From: a virus
Taxonomy: Duplodnaviria > Caudoviricetes
Direction: 5' to 3' (one strand)
Virus record (IMG/VR): IMGVR_UViG_3300012982_000004
Location: 1 to 29,056 of that record
DNA: 29,056 nt
Under the pieces are notes generated by a model. That model searched no databases and was not told the DNA's origin. It saw nothing but the letters and a program-made list of their open reading frames with translations. Position numbers and translations under genes: made by a program. Positions within the stretch are counted from its first letter, which is position 1; the number at the start of each line of letters is the position of its first letter. This document shows positions 9,495-17,481 of the stretch, one piece after another.

Positions 9495-9791
9495 CTAACT
9501 CCAGTGCGGAAATTCGTCCGCCGTGTCCAGTTTTCGGATGTGGTCCACATGCTGTCTTGCCGCCCATGCGTGGAAGATGACTCCTCCACAGGCGATGAAT
9601 GCATGGGTTCCTGAGCTCATGTATTGGTTCCAGAACATGAAGCCCACCGGGCCACCAAGATGAATCATCGGCTCTACCTCGATTAGGCAGGCGATGCTTG
9701 AGAACATCCACCACAGCGAGACCATGATCCCAAACATGTGCCATGCCAGAGCCAATTTCTCGGCAGCCTGTGAATTATGGAAACGGGACAA
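9495..9791 (-). CDS. Small membrane protein
   Basis: Hydrophobic segments LALAWHMFGIMVSLWWMFSSIACLI and AFIACGGVIFHAWA. Confidence 0.55.
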   Translation of the reverse strand: MSRFHNSQAAEKLALAWHMFGIMVSLWWMFSSIACLIEVEPMIHLGGPVGFMFWNQYMSSGTHAFIACGGVIFHAWAARQHVDHIRKLDTADEFPHWS

Positions 9792-10065
9792 TCTTGGGCC
9801 TCGTATTCTGGTGGTTTGGTCTCAGCCTGGTAGCTGATTGCATATATTCGTCCGGAGGCGGTGGCGCGGCGAATGGTACACGGCACGCCAGGCAGATCTT
9901 CGGGCCCGTCCGAACCTCCCGGCCAAGGGCAATACTGAATGCCGTGCGTATCGGTCTTACAAACTGCTTGCCGCAGTGCTCACAGGTCTTCATCTCCCTG
10001 GCTTCATATTCGCCCGGCTTCAAGTGGTCGTAAGAGACGTAACCAGCGCACTCATATCTCGCCAT
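9775..10065 (-). CDS. Zn-finger protein
   Basis: CEHC...CLAC; coupled to the upstream stop. Confidence 0.65.
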   Translation of the reverse strand: MARYECAGYVSYDHLKPGEYEAREMKTCEHCGKQFVRPIRTAFSIALGREVRTGPKICLACRVPFAAPPPPDEYMQSATRLRPNHQNTRPKIVPFP

Positions 10066-10250
10066 CAGTGCTTCACCTTCAAGGTGTCTATGTGCATCCT
10101 GAAGCGGCAGTTGCGCGGTTGTCCTTTATCTACCCAGCAGGGAGAGATAAGCTCTACCCGCGTTGTCTCCGGCATCGCATAGAGACGCGACTGCGCCCGG
10201 TGCTGACATCCAATCATCATCAACGCGAGAAGACTCACCGCGGCTCTCAT
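10065..10250 (-). CDS. Small putative lipoprotein
   Basis: MRAAVSLLALMMIG|C lipobox-like; two more Cys. Confidence 0.5.
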   Translation of the reverse strand: MRAAVSLLALMMIGCQHRAQSRLYAMPETTRVELISPCWVDKGQPRNCRFRMHIDTLKVKH

Positions 10251-10326
10251 AGAACTTAATTCCGCGCCGGCCCTGCTCTGGCCGATCCTTCACCTTTCCG
10301 GCAAAGTCCGTTTTTCGTCAGCGCGG

Positions 10327-10370
10327 AAAATCAAACCCCCAGCCCGGTCTTGGGAGACTGGCTGGGGGTT
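10327..10370 (-). terminator. Strong hairpin / probable terminator in a structured intergenic region
   Basis: AACCCCCAGCC...GGCTGGGGGTT stem followed by TGATTTT on the minus strand. Confidence 0.6.
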
Positions 10371-10426
10371 CCGGAGTGGCCCCTGGGCAGAGGCCAACTT
10401 CAATCTTTTGTCCAGTTTCTGGATGT

Positions 10427-10771
10427 TTACGCGAATCGGAAATCTGATCGCCAGGCAGCTATCTTTCCCGCCAGTTCTTCCATGAGATGCGATGCTGCCC
10501 GCGCCGGCATCTCTAATGAAAGTCCAGCCGCATAGAGAGCATTCCGCTCCATCTCTGTCGGGGTTATAGCTGGTCGGCTCTGCTTCGCAAGGCGTTGTAG
10601 ATCAACATACTGGATTCCAATAATCTTTGTGAAACTTCCGGCTTTGTAGATTAATCTCGCCTCTCCGCGCTCCACCATGTCAATAGCTTTGCTGGGAGCT
10701 ACGCGGCGCACGATGGCTGAGTGGCCCGCTTGCGAGAATACGGGTACGCTCCCTCTTGTCTGTCGCGCCAT
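10427..10771 (-). CDS. Hypothetical protein
   Basis: ATG with GGAG upstream; second gene after the putative late promoter. Confidence 0.6.
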   Translation of the reverse strand: MARQTRGSVPVFSQAGHSAIVRRVAPSKAIDMVERGEARLIYKAGSFTKIIGIQYVDLQRLAKQSRPAITPTEMERNALYAAGLSLEMPARAASHLMEELAGKIAAWRSDFRFA

Positions 10772-11057
10772 CTGACTTCTCTCCGATGAACTTGTATCTG
10801 CAAGGCTGATGCTCGGTTCTCGTCAATCCGCCGCACACAATATGCGGATACTTCTCAATCCCAAGCATCAAAATCGCGATGCTGGCCTTCAATACTTCTG
10901 GCGATAAGTCGAAGAATCTACAGCAGTTCCTTCCTTCGCCAATCCACTCGGCCACACCTTCGCGCACAAAATAGGAACCTTCTTCGTGACTGATGTGCCT
11001 CATCAGCCTCCCATCACATCCCTGAAGCTTGACTTTATGGGCGCGAGGCATCGCCAC
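10680..11057 (-). CDS. Hypothetical protein
   Basis: GTG/ATG start with GGAGGAG RBS; first gene after the putative promoter; overlaps the next gene by about 90 nt. Confidence 0.55.
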   Translation of the reverse strand: MAMPRAHKVKLQGCDGRLMRHISHEEGSYFVREGVAEWIGEGRNCCRFFDLSPEVLKASIAILMLGIEKYPHIVCGGLTRTEHQPCRYKFIGEKSDGATDKRERTRILASGPLSHRAPRSSQQSY

Positions 11058-11125
11058 TTCTCCTCCCGCTGCGTGGGGCTTGGCCTTCTGAGGGCACGGG
11101 TACTAAGGTGTGAGTTCCTGACTGC

Positions 11126-11153
11126 ACAATACAAAACTCACATATCGTTGCAA
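11126..11153 (-). promoter_or_regulatory. Putative sigma70-type late promoter
   Basis: TTGCAA (11153-11148), 16 bp, TATTGT (11131-11126) in an AT-rich gap; overlapped by inverted repeat TGTGAGTT/AACTCACA (11109-11116, 11135-11142). Confidence 0.55.
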
Positions 11154-11191
11154 GTGTTTTTAAGAGTAAAGTGTGGTTCGCGGCGGGATTT

Positions 11192-11491
11192 TTATCGGTG
11201 AACGCGATAGAACGCCTTCATGCGCTCCTCTTTAGATCCAATGAGGCGTTCCCCTCGTTTTATCTTTTCGACGTAAATATGCCCACTGCAGAAATTCACC
11301 CGGACCGGGATGCCCATGTAATCTGCGCGGCGCTTTACGTTCTTTACAACCCGCTTCGGATCTCCTCCATAGAAATTTTTGTCAAAGCGCAGCCATTTTC
11401 CGAGAGGATCGTCCCGCAATGCGATCAATGCCGCTCGGATTTTCATCATCTCCGGTAATTCATCCGCTCCAATGAGCTTCCAATCAGGCAT
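11192..11491 (-). CDS. Hypothetical basic protein
   Basis: Coupled ORF, last of the early/middle cluster. Confidence 0.6.
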   Translation of the reverse strand: MPDWKLIGADELPEMMKIRAALIALRDDPLGKWLRFDKNFYGGDPKRVVKNVKRRADYMGIPVRVNFCSGHIYVEKIKRGERLIGSKEERMKAFYRVHR

Positions 11492-11702
11492 TGAGTTTCT
11501 CCCTTCTGGCTGGAAGGCCGGCGAACTTCCTGATCTGCCAGATACGCACCACGCTCAGGGAAAATTCCTTCGCTATCTCCCGATAAGGTCTGTCCGGAAA
11601 CTGGACAAGCATCTCCACTATCCGCCGGATGCGTGGATCGGCTGGAACGCGCCTGCCGTTCTTTAGCTTCCATCGTCGGGCACCCTGTGAACCCGTCGTC
11701 AT
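11484..11702 (-). CDS. Small HTH DNA-binding protein (candidate late regulator)
   Basis: PYREIAKEFSLSVVRIWQIRK helix-turn-helix, just upstream of the late promoter. Confidence 0.7.
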   Translation of the reverse strand: MTTGSQGARRWKLKNGRRVPADPRIRRIVEMLVQFPDRPYREIAKEFSLSVVRIWQIRKFAGLPARREKLNA

Positions 11703-11860
11703 GGCTTCTCCGGTAGTTCGCGCCGAATACTGTCCCTGATGGCGGCTCGTTTAATGCGGTATTCTTCGTTGCAAATTTCACATCCACGACGGAGCAAGTC
11801 ATTCCCGTGTTCTGGACAGAAGCGGTACCACCAACAACGTAGTCGAAATAGCAGACTCAT
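11699..11860 (-). CDS. Small Cys-rich protein
   Basis: MSLLFRLRCWWYRFCPEHG...CEIC; ATGA-coupled. Confidence 0.6.
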   Translation of the reverse strand: MSLLFRLRCWWYRFCPEHGNDLLRRGCEICNEEYRIKRAAIRDSIRRELPEKP

Positions 11861-12126
11861 GGTTTCTCCGGTACTTTGCCACCAAAACACAGAGTACATG
11901 GTTCTCGTTGATTACTGCTGCCATGATACTGGCAGATGTTCAGTGGCTCGTCGGAGCTTCCCACCGTTGGACAAGTAGTCCGCTCCCGCTCGTACTGCTC
12001 TAGGGCGGAGAGGATGGCGGCTGCCAGCATCTCAACATCACCGCATTCATTAGAACAATTACAATACGCGTAATGCGCCCTGTTACTTGTTTCCTCGGCT
12101 ATCTTCCTGCGTAGGGTGTCAGTCAT
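11857..12126 (-). CDS. Small Cys/His-rich protein
   Basis: CNCSNEC, CQYH...CTLC; ATGA-coupled. Confidence 0.6.
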   Translation of the reverse strand: MTDTLRRKIAEETSNRAHYAYCNCSNECGDVEMLAAAILSALEQYERERTTCPTVGSSDEPLNICQYHGSSNQREPCTLCFGGKVPEKP

Positions 12127-12281
12127 GGCTTCTCCTTACGGGAAATAAACGGCCCTTTAGTTGCTTCTTCGTGACTACACGCTATTGCTTTAGCGAGTCG
12201 CCTACGTCGAATCTTGTCCATAGTGACTCTCAGCCTAGAAACGGATTCCCTTGCTACCTTGTGCGCTTCGTGTATAGTCAC
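12123..12281 (-). CDS. Small basic hypothetical protein
   Basis: GTGA-coupled start with GGAG RBS. Confidence 0.5.
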   Translation of the reverse strand: MTIHEAHKVARESVSRLRVTMDKIRRRRLAKAIACSHEEATKGPFISRKEKP

Positions 12282-12544
12282 GGCTTCTCCTTCAGCGCGG
12301 CTTGCATGCGGCACAATAGTTTTCCAGCGGTTCTACCTATCAAAACGTCACGCCATTCTTTCTGAACTAATGTGACCTGTACGGTGGCCTCCCTCAGCAG
12401 CCCTTCCAGTAGGGCGATGCGCTTTTGTGTATTTTCCACAATCTCAATAGCAGCACATTCAAGACAAGTATCAATAGCCTTTTGGGGAGCTATTTCCCAA
12501 TGTGCTTGGCAGAGATATTTACGTAATTCTTCTTGTGCGCTCAT
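12278..12544 (-). CDS. Hypothetical protein
   Basis: MSAQEELRKYLCQAH...CLEC; ATGA-coupled. Confidence 0.6.
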   Translation of the reverse strand: MSAQEELRKYLCQAHWEIAPQKAIDTCLECAAIEIVENTQKRIALLEGLLREATVQVTLVQKEWRDVLIGRTAGKLLCRMQAALKEKP

Positions 12545-12957
12545 TCGTACACCTCCCCGTTGGAGAGTTCGCAATAACTCACACAAGCTATGATGCGCCA
12601 GTATTCAACGCTTAGCTTCGCACCATGAACTGCGCCAAAAAACTCTGCACACGCCTCTTTGTATGCTTTCTGCGCCTCTTTCAGCGCATCCCACCCCTTC
12701 TGGAACTGTTTGGGCACCCTTCTGCGCTCTATTGAATTAGGCGCGCAAACAAGACATCCGGTTAATGGATTCTGAAAGGAAGGATTATTGTGTTTGCGAC
12801 GCTCTTTAAAGACTGCCGGAGTAGAAGGACGCTCCAGCATGGCGATGTACTGCTCGGCGGCTTCGCGGGTGGGGAAGGTGCCACGCAGACTTTCTGGGTA
12901 ATTACCCTCTTCAACCAAATGACCTTGTTCCTTTGGAACTATTTTGTACCTGCTCAT
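12541..12957 (-). CDS. Hypothetical protein
   Basis: ATGA-coupled; GTFPTREAAEQY motif. Confidence 0.6.
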   Translation of the reverse strand: MSRYKIVPKEQGHLVEEGNYPESLRGTFPTREAAEQYIAMLERPSTPAVFKERRKHNNPSFQNPLTGCLVCAPNSIERRRVPKQFQKGWDALKEAQKAYKEACAEFFGAVHGAKLSVEYWRIIACVSYCELSNGEVYE

Positions 12958-13619
12958 TCTGCACTTCCTTTCTTCTCCCGCAGGGAGCCATTCGTGACCT
13001 TCCTTATCTCCGCGAGGATGTGCTCTGCGATACGAAGCAATACGCGCCCACCTTCGAGGTCGTCATGGTAAATACCGAACTTATCAGCTACTTTTCTAGC
13101 TGTGTGATATTCGCCGCCCTGTGGTTCTGCTAAGGCGCTGGTGATTGCTTGCAGTACTTCGGTGCAGTCTTTTAGCGCGTCCTTTGCATGGTTTCTTGCT
13201 CCTTGTTCTGTAATAAGATGGTTGCGCAATTGAACTTCTTTGGCCTCTGCGCGTTCTTTCTCGCACAACGGGCAATTATCATTTATGTTTGCATCAGATA
13301 GGGTAGTGTCTAGATGACGCTCACAAATAATGCTGAGCGCGGCCTCGGCACGTTCGGCGCGGGCTATTGCTTTGTCATAATCTTCTTGCAGCTTCTCGAC
13401 AATCTGATTCGCAGCAGTAAAAGCTAGTTCAGTGTCGGCCAGTTGTTGCTGCAACTCCGCTGTTGCGCTGGAGATGACGGCTGCAATCTTAGGCAACAGC
13501 CCGACTTCGCTACCGTGGCAACGCAGATGAGCACCAATCTCTGCGTATAGTTGACGCGCTTCCGCGCTCGGCTCCTGCGCTGTTGCGGTGTCCGGTTTCT
13601 GGCTGTTCTGCTCGCTCAT
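12954..13619 (-). CDS. Coiled-coil phage protein
   Basis: Start MSEQNSQ coupled to the ASCH stop; ARAERAEAAL coil, CERH...CPLC. Confidence 0.65.
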   Translation of the reverse strand: MSEQNSQKPDTATAQEPSAEARQLYAEIGAHLRCHGSEVGLLPKIAAVISSATAELQQQLADTELAFTAANQIVEKLQEDYDKAIARAERAEAALSIICERHLDTTLSDANINDNCPLCEKERAEAKEVQLRNHLITEQGARNHAKDALKDCTEVLQAITSALAEPQGGEYHTARKVADKFGIYHDDLEGGRVLLRIAEHILAEIRKVTNGSLREKKGSAE

Positions 13620-14047
13620 AGCGCCAGCCTCCCCTGTCGATCGGTAGTCGGAAGTTGAACTATTCCACTGAGGTTCACATCGAAAAGCCCTTGATGCCCG
13701 CGTAGGGGGATGGGGCTGGGGAGAGCGATGAGGTCCTCCGTACACCAGGCCCACCGGCCATTGCTATAGTCACCCCACGATTCTTCCTCTTCGGATAGCT
13801 CGTTACGTAAGGCCTCAGTTCGGACGCAATTCACAAGGTTCACAATGCACACGACAGCCCCAAGCGGAACATCGCGCCACGCACAAGGAACGGCATCTGG
13901 TATCCTCTTCGCCGCGTGGATCGCCAACCATCCGCGATAAGAGGTCGGCCATGACCGAGTTTCATTCCGCTTTAGACCCCGGCGCATAGCCTCAGCCCAC
14001 GGCTGCCACAATGACAACGCCTTTATCGTCGTTGGCTGCTCGCTCAT
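13616..14047 (-). CDS. ASCH-domain protein
   Basis: KALSLWQPWA...GLKRNETRSW...RGWLAIHAAK...PIPLRGHQGLF. Confidence 0.9.
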   Translation of the reverse strand: MSEQPTTIKALSLWQPWAEAMRRGLKRNETRSWPTSYRGWLAIHAAKRIPDAVPCAWRDVPLGAVVCIVNLVNCVRTEALRNELSEEEESWGDYSNGRWAWCTEDLIALPSPIPLRGHQGLFDVNLSGIVQLPTTDRQGRLAL

Positions 14048-14079
14048 AAATAAATCCCCCTTAAAATCCTTTTAAGCGT

Positions 14080-14406
14080 TCACCGTCCCGCCAACCAGGG
14101 CCGTTGCTGTTTCCAGGTCAATGAAGACGGCAGAATCTCCTCTTCCCGCATTAAGAGGAACTCTCCCCCTTCCAGTTCAATCTCGGTCCCGGCATACTTG
14201 CCGAACAAGACGACCGAGCGCGGGCTAACAATGGAGGAGCATTTGTCCCCTACTGCCTCCACGATGCCGATCTGCGGCTTTTCCTTTGCGGAGTCGGGAA
14301 TGATGATTGACCCCCTGTTATGCCTCTCCTTCACACGAGAGACGATCACACGATCACCCAGCGGAGCCAGGATGGTCCCGATTGCTTTTTCCTGTGTGGC
14401 TTCCAT
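14080..14406 (-). CDS. groES: Co-chaperonin GroES (C-terminus possibly frameshifted)
   Basis: PLGDRVIV...IIIPDSAKEKPQIGIVEAVG...VLFGKYAGTEI...LLMREEEIL. Confidence 0.9.
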   Translation of the reverse strand: MEATQEKAIGTILAPLGDRVIVSRVKERHNRGSIIIPDSAKEKPQIGIVEAVGDKCSSIVSPRSVVLFGKYAGTEIELEGGEFLLMREEEILPSSLTWKQQRPWLAGR

Positions 14407-14494
14407 CTTCTATTCCTCCTTTTGAAAATCCTTTTAGGCGTTCACTCCCCAGTCTGCTCACTTACCGAGCCGCCGGGAGAAATTACGGCGCATC

Positions 14495-14521
14495 CCGTCG
14501 CCCTGAAGTGGTGCGCTCACT
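14495..14521. repeat. 27-bp direct repeat, copy 1
   Basis: ccgtcgccctgaagtggtgcgctcact, identical to 15341-15367. Confidence 0.9.
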
Positions 14522-15065
14522 ACGATCCCACCGCTTCATCAGTACCATCCCAAAGGAACTGCTCAAGCGGAAAGTGTGCGCGGCATCCAGCACAGAATGT
14601 TCCGCTATAAAAAGACGGGTCGCGGGCATAAGTCTCGGCCAGCGCGATTCCCATTATGGTCACGGCGCGGCAGGTCTTGTGGACGTAGGACCGGCGAACC
14701 GGGCGAACGAAGCCCTTTTTCCTCTCGGCTTCAGATAAAACCACATAGGCCTTTTGCTGCCCGGTGACGGGATTTATCTCGCGGTGGTCTGGCGTGACAG
14801 GAGACCCGTCAGTGAGTACCATGCAATCGCGGTCAACCGGAACCGACTCGGCCTTTTTCCTTGCTTCGGCTTCGCGCTTATCGCAAGCGGCCTGTTCAGA
14901 ACGGTTGGCATACTTGTCTAGCAACTGCGACAAGTCGCGGGCCTGGTTAGCTGAGAACACAATATGGCCTACTCCATTCTCGTCCGGTTTTAGATCAGGA
15001 TGGTTTACAACGACCTCGCCGGCATCGTTCAACCCGACTTCTAAAAATCCAGTGATTTTGTCCAT
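14520..15065 (-). CDS. Two-domain conserved phage protein with probable Zn-binding C-terminus
   Basis: YVVLSEAERKKGFVRPVRRSYVHKTC...AETYARDPSFYSGTFCAGC; AAGGAG RBS. Confidence 0.75.
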   Translation of the reverse strand: MDKITGFLEVGLNDAGEVVVNHPDLKPDENGVGHIVFSANQARDLSQLLDKYANRSEQAACDKREAEARKKAESVPVDRDCMVLTDGSPVTPDHREINPVTGQQKAYVVLSEAERKKGFVRPVRRSYVHKTCRAVTIMGIALAETYARDPSFYSGTFCAGCRAHFPLEQFLWDGTDEAVGS

Positions 15066-15082
15066 CTTGAATCTCCTTAGTT

Positions 15083-15319
15083 TTAGTTCAGGGGCGGCCC
15101 TACCTTAACGAGTACGGTATCCGCCACGGGGCCATCTCCCTGATAAAGCACGCGGATTCCGGGGAATCGTTCTTGTAGCTTTCTTACATATCGCTCCGCC
15201 TTACCCTTTTCACTGTCGGTTATGAAACCGACGACCAACTTCTCGCGCATTGTTTTCTCACCAATCTGGTGTATGCGCTCATCCTCGTCATAATCTGCAA
15301 TATCCGCATAGTGCTTCAT
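15083..15319 (-). CDS. Hypothetical protein
   Basis: GGAGG RBS; 78 aa alpha/beta-like. Confidence 0.65.
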   Translation of the reverse strand: MKHYADIADYDEDERIHQIGEKTMREKLVVGFITDSEKGKAERYVRKLQERFPGIRVLYQGDGPVADTVLVKVGPPLN

Positions 15320-15340
15320 ATCCAACTAACCTCCACTCCG

Positions 15341-15367
15341 CCGTCGCCCTGAAGTGGTGCGCTCACT
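15341..15367. repeat. 27-bp direct repeat, copy 2
   Basis: Identical to 14495-14521. Confidence 0.9.
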
Positions 15368-15704
15368 CAGCCCTCCTGTACGCCTTCGGTCTGTGTTTCT
15401 CTCGGTGACACGAAATGCAGAGTAACCTCAGATTTACCAGCGCATCATTACGCTTCCCCCCTCCCAACCCGCGAGACTGGATGTGGTCTATCTCGAAGCG
15501 CGGTAGCGAATATTCTCCCAACATCGGCAACAGGCTTTTAGAGCAATCCTGGCACTTGCCGCCGTCCCTGCGATAGACCTCCATCCGTCTTTTCCGCCAC
15601 TCATTCGGTGAGCACACTTCCCTCCCGTCGCGCATAACCCGTACGGCTGGGGCTTTGCGCTTCTTGGGCTTGCGCCACTCGGCTGTGGGTACGGCCTTCT
15701 TCAT
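15363..15704 (-). CDS. HNH endonuclease
   Basis: RDGGKCQDC...EIDHI...GG..N...NLRLLCISCH. Confidence 0.85.
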   Translation of the reverse strand: MKKAVPTAEWRKPKKRKAPAVRVMRDGREVCSPNEWRKRRMEVYRRDGGKCQDCSKSLLPMLGEYSLPRFEIDHIQSRGLGGGKRNDALVNLRLLCISCHREKHRPKAYRRAE

Positions 15705-15729
15705 CGCGCTCCCCTGACCCCTTTGGGTG

Positions 15730-15993
15730 TCATAAGCTGAACTTCCTGCCTTCGGTGCGTCCAGATAGCTTCAGTGCCGATTCACATGCAGAGCAGCAAG
15801 CGGGATCAAATTTGTGGTTGCGGCGCATTTGATGACAAATGGTTGATTGCATCTTCCGCATCACGCGGATTGCCGTATCCACCGCGCCCTCGCTTTCCGA
15901 TGGCTCACCTTCCACTTCCTGCATGATGAACTTTGCTAGCTCGGCTATTTGGGAACTCGGCGGATTCCCCACGGTTATCTTTTTCGTTGCCAT
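15730..15993 (-). CDS. Hypothetical protein
   Basis: AAGGAG RBS; QIAELAKFIMQEVEGEPSESEGAVDTAIR. Confidence 0.65.
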   Translation of the reverse strand: MATKKITVGNPPSSQIAELAKFIMQEVEGEPSESEGAVDTAIRVMRKMQSTICHQMRRNHKFDPACCSACESALKLSGRTEGRKFSL

Positions 15994-16076
15994 TCGTTTC
16001 TCCTTTTGATTTAGCTGCTAAAACTTGTTGGGGGCGACTTCTTTCCCTCGCTTAGAACTGCCCTCATGGGAAAGCG

Positions 16077-16502
16077 TCATAATTCCGCCTCCACATCCTC
16101 AACACTCCGCGCCAGCACATAGCGGCAGCCAGCAGATTCGACCAGAATCTCTGTGCGCGGATTCTTTGGGTCACGGTGCTTACTCATGCACAGTTCCGTC
16201 ACCGCCGCGTCAGAGTGAATCACTTGAGCCTTCACCAGCCCGTCGAGCACCAACTTTGCCCGATTGTCCAGATCGCCGCGCTCCCCCTTGGCATAGAAGA
16301 TGTGAATCGTCACGGCATAGAACTTCGCCTCGACCTTGCGACCGCGAGCAAACAGCGCAACGGCATCCTTGAAGGCTTCAGAGGCGCCAGTGAGGTAGTG
16401 TCCACCTGCTTTTGTATGGCGCACATAGCGGTTCACGCTCGGCGGGGTCAGCGGCACGGTGAAGTAGAGCGTCTGCGCTTCGGTGGGCTGGGGTAATTTC
16501 AT
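16077..16502 (-). CDS. rusA: RusA-family Holliday junction resolvase
   Basis: PPSVN...GDLDNRAKLVLDGL...IHSDAAV...PRTEI; ATGA-coupled start at 16502. Confidence 0.85.
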   Translation of the reverse strand: MKLPQPTEAQTLYFTVPLTPPSVNRYVRHTKAGGHYLTGASEAFKDAVALFARGRKVEAKFYAVTIHIFYAKGERGDLDNRAKLVLDGLVKAQVIHSDAAVTELCMSKHRDPKNPRTEILVESAGCRYVLARSVEDVEAEL

Positions 16503-16693
16503 GCCATATCCTCTTCGTGTTTCCTGCACACATAGACCCTTACACAGCGGACATTCGCCCAGTCGTAATGCTCTTCGGATCCGTAATACACCAAAGATGC
16601 AAATGCCGCAGCGCGGCACTGCTTTCCATTCACCTCTATTGCCTGACAGCGGCGTTTCGGTCTGTCCTGTTTCTGGACGCGCTGGTTAGCCAT
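16499..16693 (-). CDS. Small Cys-rich protein
   Basis: RCQA...NGKQC...VCRKH; GGAGG RBS. Confidence 0.6.
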   Translation of the reverse strand: MANQRVQKQDRPKRRCQAIEVNGKQCRAAAFASLVYYGSEEHYDWANVRCVRVYVCRKHEEDMA

Positions 16694-17297
16694 CTATGCC
16701 CTCCAAATCTTCCGGTTTCTCGATGCCGAACATGTTGAGGAAATAGAACGGCTTGCCTTGTGAGCGCAGGATGTCCATGCCTTGAATCTCGTTGGTTGCC
16801 CGCGCAACCACCCACGCAGCATCCCTCGCAGCATCCCACGCAGCAGCCCACGCAGCATCCGCAGCATCCCACGCAGCATCCCTCGCAGCATCCCACGCAG
16901 CAGCCCACGCAGCATCCCACTCAGCAACTACCTTCTTCCACTGCTCCTTGCTCATGCCGTCGAGATACCGCCAGAACTTGAGCACCAGCCGCGCCTTGTC
17001 ACCAATAATCTTCTCCGGCGCAATCAGCACATCCTGCGGGCAGCCGTCGTGCTTGTCGTTGATATTGCGCAGCAGTACCGCATGGGCGCGAGAGATGCCG
17101 AGTATCCGCGCTACCTCCGAGTCGGCCTTATCCTGCGCCATAGCCCGCAGTTGCTTGTCGGAATAGCCAGCGCAACTCAGGACATCGCCCTGGGCGCACT
17201 TGCAGCCGTCATCGTCTATCAACCTGCCTCTGAACAAAGGCCGTTCGCCAGACTGCCAGCGGTTTACGATTTCTGGGATGGTGATTGGGTTAGCCAT
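16686..17297 (-). CDS. Phage protein with AAW(D/A)AA(R/W) tetrapeptide repeats
   Basis: MANPITIPE...CKCAQG...NIND...AAWAAAWDAARDAAWDAADAAWAAAWDAARDAAW. Confidence 0.75.
   Translation of the reverse strand: MANPITIPEIVNRWQSGERPLFRGRLIDDDGCKCAQGDVLSCAGYSDKQLRAMAQDKADSEVARILGISRAHAVLLRNINDKHDGCPQDVLIAPEKIIGDKARLVLKFWRYLDGMSKEQWKKVVAEWDAAWAAAWDAARDAAWDAADAAWAAAWDAARDAAWVVARATNEIQGMDILRSQGKPFYFLNMFGIEKPEDLEGIDG
16811..16917. repeat. Coding tandem repeat: 12-bp units arranged as two exact 50-bp copies (period 57)
   Basis: 16811-16860 equals 16868-16917. Confidence 0.9.
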
Positions 17298-17481
17298 TGC
17301 TCTTGCCCTCATCGGTCGCATCTTCTTTGGCGAATCGGTGAGACCTAGAAAGCTCTACTATTGATAAGACGCCAAATAGCACACAGGGTATCCAGTCTCC
17401 CCGATCCCAAGCTAATCCGGATGCAAAGCCGCTCAAAATAGCGACGACTCCCGCCAGCCACTTTAAAAAATTCCAACTCAT
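17290..17481 (-). CDS. Small two-TM membrane protein
   Basis: MSWNFLKWLAGVVAILSGFASGLAW...WIPCVLFGVLSIV; ATGA-coupled. Confidence 0.65.
   Translation of the reverse strand: MSWNFLKWLAGVVAILSGFASGLAWDRGDWIPCVLFGVLSIVELSRSHRFAKEDATDEGKSNG

Noticed and set aside
10259-10328. Hammerhead ribozyme (CTGACGA...GAAA inside a closing stem, minus strand)
   Set aside because: Four unpaired A residues precede stem II, and there is no proper stem III or NUH cleavage triplet.
16800-16925. CRISPR array or DGR repeat; Cys-rich (GCCVGCC) and RGML alternative ORFs
   Set aside because: No unique spacers, no cas or reverse transcriptase gene, no A-specific mismatches. The alternative ORFs are frame shadows of the AAW repeat.
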